A stretch of DNA of 64,000 nucleotides. Origin: a virus. This document shows positions 47,236 through 55,318 of this stretch, one piece after another. The position numbers and the translations under genes were made by a program. The stretch's first letter is position 1. Each line of letters opens with the position of its first letter. The notes under the pieces were generated by a model, which was given only the letters and a program-made list of their open reading frames with translations, searched no databases and was not told the origin of the DNA. The stretch is taken from the UHGV virus genome UHGV-0218015; one strand, written 5' to 3'.

Positions 47236-47700
47236 ATGCGTGGATATATTCTCGATCTTGCAATTTCTGTAGAAGAACTTGTGGAAAAACTCGGCGGTAC
47301 CGGTCATGGGCTTCATGGGAAGACCAAAAGCATAGCTCATCTTCTCGAACCAAAATACGAACGGAAACTCCACATGATTGCTTCCGTTCGCAACAAAGCC
47401 GCTCACAGGAGAATTCTTCCCGAACGCATAGACGTCTATGAACAAGCTGTGGAAGAAACGAGGCTCTATTTAGAAGAACTGGTTAGGGAAGAAGAGCGGA
47501 AACGTCGTTGTGAAGAGGAAATAAATCCCAGCTGTCTGGAACGCGAAGCGATGTGGAGAGAACGGGCAGACGAGGCCAAACGACGTAACGAAGAGAAAAG
47601 ATGGGACGATATGAGTGTAATAGAAAAGATAGGTTGGGGCGCCGGTATTGCAATCGTGGGAGCTGCGGTTGCGTACCTTAAAATAAAGTCTCGTGACTAA
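47236..47700 (+). CDS. HEPN-like (Rx4H) helical protein with C-terminal transmembrane anchor
   Basis: Motif IASVRNKAAHRR (R-x4-H) within a predicted all-helical domain; charged linker; C-terminal hydrophobic IGWGAGIAIVGAAVAYL; ATG at 47236 with GGAG RBS (track ORF begins at 47185). Confidence 0.3.
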   Translation: MRGYILDLAISVEELVEKLGGTGHGLHGKTKSIAHLLEPKYERKLHMIASVRNKAAHRRILPERIDVYEQAVEETRLYLEELVREEERKRRCEEEINPSCLEREAMWRERADEAKRRNEEKRWDDMSVIEKIGWGAGIAIVGAAVAYLKIKSRD

Positions 47701-47714
47701 ATCGGGTATCGGAA

Positions 47715-48260
47715 ATGAAACAAATACAGTTAACTGATCACGTTAATGCGTTTAAACACTTTCTGGATAACGCGGGTATAAAACCCGGCGAACAGACAGA
47801 CGCATGGACTGCACGTGTTTATGGAAGTATTGGCAAAGTCTGTGAATCCACGACATCACACGACGGGTTGTTTGTTGCTAAAGCGGTGGGTAACGCCTTG
47901 TGGGATATTGCTGCTCTAGTTTACGTGATGAATAACGGGGATTTACGTCCCCTTGAAAAATCACTACACCGACTACTAGCCATTAAGAAATGGAAAAACG
48001 AACATCCTGAGTCAATCGCGGTTACGTTGATGCCAGAAGCGGTACTTGCTATCAAAGCGGTACGAAGTTGTACCGCTCGCGCACAAATGGAGCGTCGTCT
48101 ACATCTCGCGACACTCTTTTATCAATTGGCCAGAATTGTAAAGATGAACGGCCTAATCTTCGACCGGGTTCTACAGAACGGACGTATAAGTTGGACAGAA
48201 GAACTAAGTAGTTCTCCGTTCTATACAAAACTAAAACTTAAAGACATTTTGAAGGATTAA
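47715..48260 (+). CDS. hypothetical protein (181 aa)
   Basis: Complete ORF; predicted helical. Confidence 0.5.
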   Translation: MKQIQLTDHVNAFKHFLDNAGIKPGEQTDAWTARVYGSIGKVCESTTSHDGLFVAKAVGNALWDIAALVYVMNNGDLRPLEKSLHRLLAIKKWKNEHPESIAVTLMPEAVLAIKAVRSCTARAQMERRLHLATLFYQLARIVKMNGLIFDRVLQNGRISWTEELSSSPFYTKLKLKDILKD

Positions 48261-48261
48261 C

Positions 48262-48570
48262 ATGGAAAACTATTCGGGTTGGGCAATTTCGCAGTGCATT
48301 GGCTATTCTTTACGTTCTTTAGTGCGTACACTTTATAACAAAAACTCAGGTGAAAGCATTACACCACAGTTACTGGGCAAATTGGAAGTTGAAGTTAACC
48401 ACAAATTAAAACAGTTACTCGACAGCCACGTAAGAACAATGCGTTGGGAGTTCTTGCTACGTGGTAAGAAGCCTTTAATTACTGTTGTAGCAGAAGGCAG
48501 TGAAATCGTACTGCAGTCCAACGCAGACCTGTTTGAAATTTTAACTGAACTCGAAAAGGACAAAATCTGA
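48262..48570 (+). CDS. hypothetical protein (102 aa)
   Basis: Complete ORF; starts 2 nt after the previous stop. Confidence 0.45.
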   Translation: MENYSGWAISQCIGYSLRSLVRTLYNKNSGESITPQLLGKLEVEVNHKLKQLLDSHVRTMRWEFLLRGKKPLITVVAEGSEIVLQSNADLFEILTELEKDKI

Positions 48571-48887
48571 TGACTGTGAACGACAATATAAAGAAAAAGA
48601 TTGACGAAATCATAAGCGTCAGTTTAGATAGGATCGAATTAATTCCCGAAACTAAGGAAATCAAATACTACGTTCCTGCAGACGAACTATTTCCAGGTCT
48701 TCTTAGAATCTCACCAAAAAAGGTTGAAGAGGCTAAACGGCAATTCGAAGTTCGTGGCCTTAAGGTTGAGATTGTTAACAAAAAACATTTCCATGTAACG
48801 TATAGCCAGGAAAACATTATTTTTAGTCCTGAGCAAGCGCAACGTAATTTAGACATTTTAACGAAACGTATGGAGAATAACAAATGA
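48570..48887 (+). CDS. hypothetical protein (105 aa)
   Basis: Complete ORF overlapping its neighbours at both ends. Confidence 0.45.
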   Translation: MTVNDNIKKKIDEIISVSLDRIELIPETKEIKYYVPADELFPGLLRISPKKVEEAKRQFEVRGLKVEIVNKKHFHVTYSQENIIFSPEQAQRNLDILTKRMENNK

Positions 48888-49918
48888 AACAGTATTTAGC
48901 GTTAATGCAAGACATTCTAGATAACGGTGTTGTCAAGAAAGACCGTACAGGCGTAGGGACACTTTCTGTATTTGGTCGCCAACTACGTTTCGACCTAAAA
49001 GAAGGTTTCCCATTAGTTACTACGAAAAAGGTTCACCTGAAAAGTATCATTCATGAACTGCTGTGGTTCTTAAATGGTGACACTAACGTGAAGTACCTGC
49101 AAGAGAACGGGGTAAAAATTTGGAACGAATGGAGTGACGAGGAGGGGAACTTAGGACCAGTTTATGGTAAACAATGGCGTGAATGGCGCGACTGTAAAGT
49201 TGTGGAGTGTCATGACGTAAGACGTACACAACAACTAATGCAGCGGGGTTACAAGTATATTGGGAATATGAAGGAAGACGGTACGACGTATTTGGTCTAT
49301 GAAAAAGCACATGACCAGATCAGCAAAGTTATCCAGCAACTTCGTGAAGACCCTGACTCCCGTCGTATTATTGTTAGTGCCTGGAATGTAGGTGACCTGG
49401 ACGATATGGCACTTAACCCATGCCACAACTATTTCCAATTCTACACAACGGAAATGACGTTGCTTGAACGACTGGATTGGTACGAAGTAAACGAACCGGA
49501 AAAATTTGCGAGCGCACCGCTTATTAATCACGAAGATATTGATGATGAAGAGCGACTTCATGAAATTTTAGATCGTGAGGACATTCCACGCCGTAAGCTT
49601 TCATGTTTTTACATGATGCGGAGCAACGACGTCGCATTAGGAAAACCGTTCAACATCGCGTCATACGCTCTGTTAACTCATATGGTTGCCCAACAAGTGA
49701 ATATGGTTCCCGATGAGTTAGTTTATAGTGGAGTCGATGTGCATTTATATCTGAACCACCTCGATCAAATAAAACTCCAGCTGACTCGTGAGCCGTACCC
49801 GTTACCTAAATTGGTTATTAAACGTAAACCCGAATCTATCTTCGACTACAAATACGAGGACTTTGAAGTAGTCGGTTACCAATCTCACCCACACATCGCC
49901 ATGCCTGTTGCGGTGTAA
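48884..49918 (+). CDS. thyA: thymidylate synthase (ThyA family) with two insertions
   Basis: Near-collinear with E. coli ThyA as I recall it (MKQYL.LMQ..LD.G..K.DRTG.GTLS.FG...[27 protein letters not shown]; [23 protein letters not shown]; [11 protein letters not shown]; [15 protein letters not shown]), with extra segments of roughly 35 and 45 aa. Confidence 0.95.
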   Translation: MKQYLALMQDILDNGVVKKDRTGVGTLSVFGRQLRFDLKEGFPLVTTKKVHLKSIIHELLWFLNGDTNVKYLQENGVKIWNEWSDEEGNLGPVYGKQWREWRDCKVVECHDVRRTQQLMQRGYKYIGNMKEDGTTYLVYEKAHDQISKVIQQLREDPDSRRIIVSAWNVGDLDDMALNPCHNYFQFYTTEMTLLERLDWYEVNEPEKFASAPLINHEDIDDEERLHEILDREDIPRRKLSCFYMMRSNDVALGKPFNIASYALLTHMVAQQVNMVPDELVYSGVDVHLYLNHLDQIKLQLTREPYPLPKLVIKRKPESIFDYKYEDFEVVGYQSHPHIAMPVAV

Positions 49919-49947
49919 ACTACCACTTAACTAAAAGGAACGATAAA

Positions 49948-50394
49948 ATGTCTAAAACTCATGTTAACTATAACATCGTAGTAGAAGAATTATCAAAAGG
50001 TTTAACTGAACTGGATTCTAAAGATAATCCGTTTACCGATCGTTACGGAGCCAAAGCTTTATCTGAGTTCCGTACTATCCGCTACGGTACAGGTAGACAG
50101 ACAGGACTTACTGACTTTGCTGTCGAGTTAGCTAAGAACCATAAAGGGAAAGTATTGTTCGTTAATCCAAAAGGGTTCTTAGAGGACGATGTGCTATTCC
50201 GTTTGGGTCTCGAAGACTTGCCGGAGAATATCACGCAAATCATCGGTTACCAAATGGGTACAGAAAAAGAAAAATACAGTCTTGTTATTGTAGATAACGC
50301 TGGGGTTTTCTTTAGCATTTTCCGTTACATGAAGTTCTTTCGCTTACTGGCAAACTCAGTAACTAAAGACGTTGTAATACATTTAATGGGTTAA
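49948..50394 (+). CDS. hypothetical protein (148 aa)
   Basis: ORF with AAAGGAACG RBS; not recognisable as DHFR. Confidence 0.5.
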   Translation: MSKTHVNYNIVVEELSKGLTELDSKDNPFTDRYGAKALSEFRTIRYGTGRQTGLTDFAVELAKNHKGKVLFVNPKGFLEDDVLFRLGLEDLPENITQIIGYQMGTEKEKYSLVIVDNAGVFFSIFRYMKFFRLLANSVTKDVVIHLMG

Positions 50395-50411
50395 TCAGTG
50401 GGGTTAGTTCT

Positions 50412-50582
50412 ATGGAAGAATTAGAGGCGGTTCCCTGTTACATTCCTAGAAGACGTGTTATAAAAGAATGTTACATCGATCGTATTTTGATCTCTCGTAT
50501 CAAGAAAGGTCCAAGAAAACATCAAAACAAGAAGGTATTTATTTATAAATACTTCGAAAAGGTTATAATCCGACCTTACTGA
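50412..50582 (+). CDS. small basic protein (56 aa), KGPRK paralog A
   Basis: MEELEAVPCYIPRRRVIKECYIDRILISRIKKGPRKHQNKKVFIYKYFEKVIIRPY; shares the KGP(R/G)K basic/aromatic motif with the ORFs at 51022 and 51192. Confidence 0.4.
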   Translation: MEELEAVPCYIPRRRVIKECYIDRILISRIKKGPRKHQNKKVFIYKYFEKVIIRPY

Positions 50583-50610
50583 TTAAATTAACTCAGGGAG
50601 TAAATTCATT

Positions 50611-51000
50611 ATGTCAATCGATATCTACGTTTATTCATACTCAAAATCCGCTGTAAAAGAATCCGTGCGTCAGGCTTGGGACAACCAACAATTTGTCGAT
50701 CATGTTGACGACATACACGGCGAAATATCTGATCAGGGTGAGTTGGTGTGGACAGAAAGGCTGTCGTTTTGTTGGAACGCGTTTAACAAACTTAAATCCG
50801 AATTCAATATAACGACGGTATGCGGTAGCAGTGAGTTCGCAATCAATAAAGAACAACTCACCGCTTTTAAACAATATATTGAAGAATTGGATCAGCTCAT
50901 TCCACGCGATGAATGGAAACAGCGCGCGTTGGAAGAATTGCAAAAACTAATCGAAACTTTCGATTTTGAAAGCAATTATCTCACTATCCACACCGATTAA
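50611..51000 (+). CDS. hypothetical protein (129 aa)
   Basis: ORF with GGGAG RBS. Confidence 0.5.
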   Translation: MSIDIYVYSYSKSAVKESVRQAWDNQQFVDHVDDIHGEISDQGELVWTERLSFCWNAFNKLKSEFNITTVCGSSEFAINKEQLTAFKQYIEELDQLIPRDEWKQRALEELQKLIETFDFESNYLTIHTD

Positions 51001-51021
51001 GGTAACCTGTGGGGAATTGAT

Positions 51022-51195
51022 ATGTTGGACGATGTTCTTAATTTCACGATAACGTATTTCGAGCCGAAGAAGTTCCGTACCATTGTTACACGTTGGTGCA
51101 AAGGGCCACGTAAAGGACGTAAACGTTTCCAAGTAATTCAATTTTCTTATTCCAAGTTCCTTGAAGCTAACCCATTCGAGAAGGAGGAACAATGA
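51022..51195 (+). CDS. small basic protein (57 aa), KGPRK paralog B
   Basis: ...TIVTRWCKGPRKGRKRFQVIQFSYSKF...; stop overlaps the next start (ATGA), suggesting translational coupling. Confidence 0.4.
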   Translation: MLDDVLNFTITYFEPKKFRTIVTRWCKGPRKGRKRFQVIQFSYSKFLEANPFEKEEQ

Positions 51196-51374
51196 AGAAG
51201 CCATATTTTCATAACCTCAGATTCTTTACAGGTACTCTATATTTTATTGGCTACAACCGCGTACGTAAGGGACCTGGTAAATCGAAAGTACGCACTGTGC
51301 AGTATAAAAAGGCAATGACAGCGACAGTTCCATTACGGATGGGCCTGCTTCTGTCTCACATTCGCCATCGTTAA
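51192..51374 (+). CDS. small basic protein (60 aa), KGPGK paralog C
   Basis: ...FIGYNRVRKGPGKSKVRTVQYKKAMTA...; AAGGAGG RBS. Confidence 0.45.
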   Translation: MKKPYFHNLRFFTGTLYFIGYNRVRKGPGKSKVRTVQYKKAMTATVPLRMGLLLSHIRHR

Positions 51375-51416
51375 ATCAAAACTGCTAACACCTTTGTAAG
51401 AAATTTGGGAACTAAA

Positions 51417-51560
51417 ATGACTGAAGAAGTTAAAGTAGAAACCGTTAAAGAAACTGACAAATTTGCAATCCCTGGCTTAGACCCAGAAGCAACCGTAGAG
51501 AAGGGTGCTGACCCAACTACGGAAGACGATAACTGCTCAGGCGGGGCTTGCAAAATTTAA
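51417..51560 (+). CDS. possible small acidic peptide (47 aa) ending CSGGACKI
   Basis: ATG after a GGGAACTAAA RBS-like sequence; followed by a terminator hairpin; too short to be sure it is coding. Confidence 0.3.
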   Translation: MTEEVKVETVKETDKFAIPGLDPEATVEKGADPTTEDDNCSGGACKI

Positions 51561-51565
51561 CAGTT

Positions 51566-51610
51566 CACGGGGTGCTTATGTAGCACCCCTAATCCTTATT
51601 CTTTTTTGTT
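51566..51610 (+). terminator. rho-independent terminator
   Basis: Hairpin GGGGTGCTTATGTAGCACCCC followed by a T-rich run. Confidence 0.65.
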
Positions 51611-51617
51611 TAATCTA

Positions 51618-52463
51618 ATGGAGTTTAAAATGGGCGAACGTTTTGACATCAACACTATTTACAACATCGTGGTTAATCCTGGTCAACACCTGGAAGAAGT
51701 TAACGCGCAACTGCGCGCTCTGAATGAGAATGCAGTACAGTTCGATGCTATTTACACAATTGGTGTAAACCCTGGTACCAACCGTATTCGTGTAGAAGGT
51801 AAACGCCACACCGGTAATCAAGAACTGGATATTGAAACGATTGTAGCGCCTATTAAGCTTACCGATGCCGTTTATAACGGTACGGTAATGCATACAGAAT
51901 CTGTTCTAGTTTGCACGATCGCAAAATGTGTAAAACTCGTTAAAGGTTGGTCTAAAGAACGTGGGATTCTCGATAACGGCAAACTGGAAACCCAAATCAC
52001 GAAGTTCTTTGAAGAGTTAGGTGAAATTGCGGCGGGCATCAGTAAAAACAAACCTGAAATGATCATGGATGGTATCGGCGATGCGTTGGTGGTTCTGGTA
52101 AACATCATCGAATTAGGGGATGCGAATTCTGGTTACCTTACAGTGGCAGAAGACTGCATCGAGTCTGGTCTACGCTTAGACGTGGAAGATGTAGCTGAAG
52201 TTGAAGAAAATTTAAACAACGCTGGATACCCACATCAACAATACCTTCACGCTATTGAAAGTTTTGCCACAACCTTTATGGAAGGTAAAGATCATGGTTT
52301 CGATTTCGTTAGCCTGGGTTTAGCCCATCTTGCTCGTATCGCCTTGTATTATAAATTGGATATTCGCCATTGCTTCTCTTTAGCCTGGCATGAAATCAAA
52401 GACCGTAAAGGTTACCTGAACGCCGACGGCATCTTTGTAAAAGAAGCAGACTTGGCGAAATAA
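51618..52463 (+). CDS. MazG-like nucleoside triphosphate pyrophosphohydrolase with ~110-aa N-terminal extension
   Basis: MazG-type helical core LETQITKFFEELGEIAAGISKN...IMDGIGDALVVLVNIIELGD (EExxE ... DxxGD); start at ATG 51618 or 51630 (track ORF begins at a TTG at 51606). Confidence 0.65.
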   Translation: MEFKMGERFDINTIYNIVVNPGQHLEEVNAQLRALNENAVQFDAIYTIGVNPGTNRIRVEGKRHTGNQELDIETIVAPIKLTDAVYNGTVMHTESVLVCTIAKCVKLVKGWSKERGILDNGKLETQITKFFEELGEIAAGISKNKPEMIMDGIGDALVVLVNIIELGDANSGYLTVAEDCIESGLRLDVEDVAEVEENLNNAGYPHQQYLHAIESFATTFMEGKDHGFDFVSLGLAHLARIALYYKLDIRHCFSLAWHEIKDRKGYLNADGIFVKEADLAK

Positions 52464-52469
52464 ATAAAA

Positions 52470-52519
52470 GCACCTACCTCCCTTCGGAGGTAGGTTAACT
52501 TTCTTATTTTTTTCTTTTT
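52470..52519. terminator. bidirectional terminator
   Basis: Hairpin CACCTACCTCCCTTCGGAGGTAGGT followed by a long T-run; separates the plus-strand block from the minus-strand virion genes. Confidence 0.7.
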
Positions 52520-53083
52520 TTAAGCGCCAGGAACAATCCCAGAAGAGATATACGTTAAACCGTCAAGTTCGGTGACTTTAATCAACTTCGAAATATCCTT
52601 ACCGTCGGACGGTAGCTCTGTCAAGTACACCTCCAACCGCCCCGTCCACGCCAAAGATCTCCCATTCATGATAATGATGGTTTTATCTTTGCTGTCTGGT
52701 GCAGCTGTTGGGTTCTCAACTTCATCGTCGGTAATCTGCAAATTGTACTTAGTGCGAAAAAGCTGTAGTACCTCAGATACCGTAGCCGCATTAACACCCG
52801 CAACAGAAACTACAAAATCACCTAAGAGGTGCTCTAAATCCAACCGACGATAAATAACGTCAATTTTACCAAACGTTTTCTGTTCAATAATTCCCTGGAC
52901 GCTAAGTTGGGTATTTAATCGCGTAAATTGAGTTTCTGGTGTTTCTACCGCGGGAATATGTGACGGTGTGCCAAAATTCAACTTATCGATTGTAATACCT
53001 TTCTCTACCAAACCTGGATTCTTTTTTACTAATAACTCATAAACCAGTTGTTTTCCTGATTTACCTAATAGCGTATTAGCCAT
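52520..53083 (-). CDS. hypothetical virion-associated protein (187 aa)
   Basis: Minus-strand ORF co-oriented with, and 16 nt from, the downstream large virion genes. Confidence 0.5.
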   Translation of the reverse strand: MANTLLGKSGKQLVYELLVKKNPGLVEKGITIDKLNFGTPSHIPAVETPETQFTRLNTQLSVQGIIEQKTFGKIDVIYRRLDLEHLLGDFVVSVAGVNAATVSEVLQLFRTKYNLQITDDEVENPTAAPDSKDKTIIIMNGRSLAWTGRLEVYLTELPSDGKDISKLIKVTELDGLTYISSGIVPGA

Positions 53084-53099
53084 TATTTCCTCTCAAACA

Positions 53100-55271
53100 T
53101 TAACGTGCTTGCGGCAAGAAGATGTTCGCGATCTGACGGGCTGGGATAACATCCAGTGCCGAGTTAATAAAACTACCCTGTGACCACGCAGATGCCCAGT
53201 TTTGTGCCCAGATGCTCGCATTAATCTTGGCACGTGCAATACCGTTAGTACGCTCGTACAACGTAGCACCGCCTAAACACGCCATAAATTCACTGAATTT
53301 GTTATCATCATCCCACACACCTGTGTCAGTAACAATGGGCATGTACATAACGCGAGTCAAATCACGAATAGTAACAGAGATGTCGCAAGACAGTGGGACG
53401 GAATCACCTGGCCGCCAACCTAAACCACCCACACCGAACTGTAACGACATCGACGTCACCATCGCGTTACGGAAAGAAAAGCGTCCTTGTGAGTAACACT
53501 CTAAGTAGAACGGGTGAGTAAAAGATTGTTTACCTGTAGCCAGGGGACAGACCGCAGCGATCCAGAATGACAGGGGAACGAGCAGGTCTTGGAAGATATC
53601 CAAGTCGTTGCCAGACCAACAACGTAACGGTATCGTTAACGTAATGTCATCTCCCGATGCATCCGAACTATCCCACACCTCCGGAAAGTCAATTACCGAA
53701 GAGTTGTACAACGACATGATCCCTGTCAAATGTAAGGTGTCGGCAACGCCACGCATCGCGGACTTAATCCCGGAAACTAAAGCATCTACGGCGCTGAAAC
53801 CCGTTTGACCGCCGGAAAGGTTGACTTCTAACGAACGTGCTTTCGCGGTTAACGAGTTAACGGTGCCTGAAATCTCTGGCTCTTTTGTAGAGTTGGAGAA
53901 CGAACGAGAAACCGTGTCTTTAGCGTCGATACGCCACGACACCCATTGTGAGCCGTTACGGATTTCAGAAAGCGCATTTTCCTTAATACCATCGATATAG
54001 TTTTTACCCATTTCGACGAAATCTTTAAAGAAGGTCCCTACGTTTTCTTTAGAACCCGTATCTGCCCATTCTTGTATCTTAGCTATATCGGGGACATCCT
54101 CACCACCGATTTCATTTTCAGCTTTTTCCGCCGCAGCCATGTTTGCTGCCATCGATTCTCGAAGTTTCTTTGTGTTCGCATCGATTTCATCTGCGGTACC
54201 GCCAGCGGTTAGTGTGCCAGTGATCCCTTCAACCAACTTAGACTCTTGATCGTTAATATTTTCAAAAGGCGCTTTATAAGCGTTGTCTTTTTGAGCAACC
54301 GTTTCTAAGTCATGCAATGAAACTTCGAAACTACCCGCATCATTAATAACGCGTTTGGAGTACATCCCTTCGTTATAAAACGCACGTAGTTTTCTTGCAA
54401 ATGCTTCTTCGTCCCCACCGCTTTCAACGCGCATTTGCTCTATGGCTTTGGTCTGATAATTCGCTAATGTTTGATAGCGGTTTATCATTCGGTAGACGTC
54501 AAACTCCCCATTATCTTTCCAGATAGTAGGCAACGAAGCATACCAGTCTTGTTTATCATTGCTGTATGAATTTGTACCATCATCGGTATTTTCTTGTAGT
54601 TTGAAATTACCGAGCACGCCTGTGGGAACCAAACGACGATAAATGAGTTGCGTGTTTAGAATGTTTTGCACGGCACGTAAATACAAATGCATCGTTGGCT
54701 TAACGTAATAGTAACGTGAAGTTTGTTTATTCAATACCGCTTTTAGAATTCGCGGCGTAATAAGAATAACCGCAAAAGCAACGGTACCTACAGTGGCCCA
54801 TATTGCCGCTGCACCTAAATACGAAACCATCGTTCTCATCATACCTGGATAGTCCCCAGTACGGGCCAAGTACGCTAGGTTGGAGTCGTACATGTTCGCA
54901 AAGAACGCGGCCATACCCAGATATTTCGGTTTACCAAACCGACAATGAACATAAAACGAATTCTGATTAATACTTTCGTAGAAATAGGTACCGAGTTTAT
55001 ACGAACCCGTTTCTCGGTTATTAGAGAATGATTTGGTTTCGGCTCTCGGGTTGTCAGGTTGTGCAAATGCGCCAGTCGACGGCGGATCTGCAAACCATGT
55101 AAATTGGGGCGGCGTGTTAATCGCTTTACTGCCACCTAACGTGGTGTCCTCGAACGATAACATGCCGTTGGAGTAGCGTCGCAAGGCCAGGAAACGTTCA
55201 TCTCGGCCATCCAACACGCCGTTAAAGAGGCTTTTGACCCAGCTTGAGTCGTTAGCTGTTCTAGCGTCCAC
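53100..55271 (-). CDS. large virion protein (723 aa) with internal transmembrane segment
   Basis: Hydrophobic stretch MVSYLGAAAIWATVGTVAFAVILI; lies immediately downstream of the giant SLT-containing protein. Confidence 0.55.
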   Translation of the reverse strand: MDARTANDSSWVKSLFNGVLDGRDERFLALRRYSNGMLSFEDTTLGGSKAINTPPQFTWFADPPSTGAFAQPDNPRAETKSFSNNRETGSYKLGTYFYESINQNSFYVHCRFGKPKYLGMAAFFANMYDSNLAYLARTGDYPGMMRTMVSYLGAAAIWATVGTVAFAVILITPRILKAVLNKQTSRYYYVKPTMHLYLRAVQNILNTQLIYRRLVPTGVLGNFKLQENTDDGTNSYSNDKQDWYASLPTIWKDNGEFDVYRMINRYQTLANYQTKAIEQMRVESGGDEEAFARKLRAFYNEGMYSKRVINDAGSFEVSLHDLETVAQKDNAYKAPFENINDQESKLVEGITGTLTAGGTADEIDANTKKLRESMAANMAAAEKAENEIGGEDVPDIAKIQEWADTGSKENVGTFFKDFVEMGKNYIDGIKENALSEIRNGSQWVSWRIDAKDTVSRSFSNSTKEPEISGTVNSLTAKARSLEVNLSGGQTGFSAVDALVSGIKSAMRGVADTLHLTGIMSLYNSSVIDFPEVWDSSDASGDDITLTIPLRCWSGNDLDIFQDLLVPLSFWIAAVCPLATGKQSFTHPFYLECYSQGRFSFRNAMVTSMSLQFGVGGLGWRPGDSVPLSCDISVTIRDLTRVMYMPIVTDTGVWDDDNKFSEFMACLGGATLYERTNGIARAKINASIWAQNWASAWSQGSFINSALDVIPARQIANIFLPQAR

Positions 55272-55285
55272 TTTATACCTCTAAA

Positions 55286-55312
55286 AAGTAGGGGGTAGTT
55301 ACCTACCCCCGA
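55286..55312 (-). other. intergenic stem-loop between two minus-strand virion genes
   Basis: Inverted repeat GTAGGGGGTAG..CTACCCCC; no clear U-run, so more likely an RNA processing or attenuation element than a terminator. Confidence 0.35.
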
Positions 55313-55318
55313 TTACTG

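Noticed and set aside
49948-50394. Dihydrofolate reductase next to thyA
   Set aside because: The 148-aa protein lacks the recognisable DHFR N-terminal and nucleotide-binding motifs despite its size and position.
50641-51204. Minus-strand track ORFs of 100 and 85 aa in the 50.6-51.2 kb region
   Set aside because: The plus strand here carries ORFs with RBSs, stop-start coupling and a shared paralog motif; the minus-strand ORFs lack these and oppose the local transcription direction.
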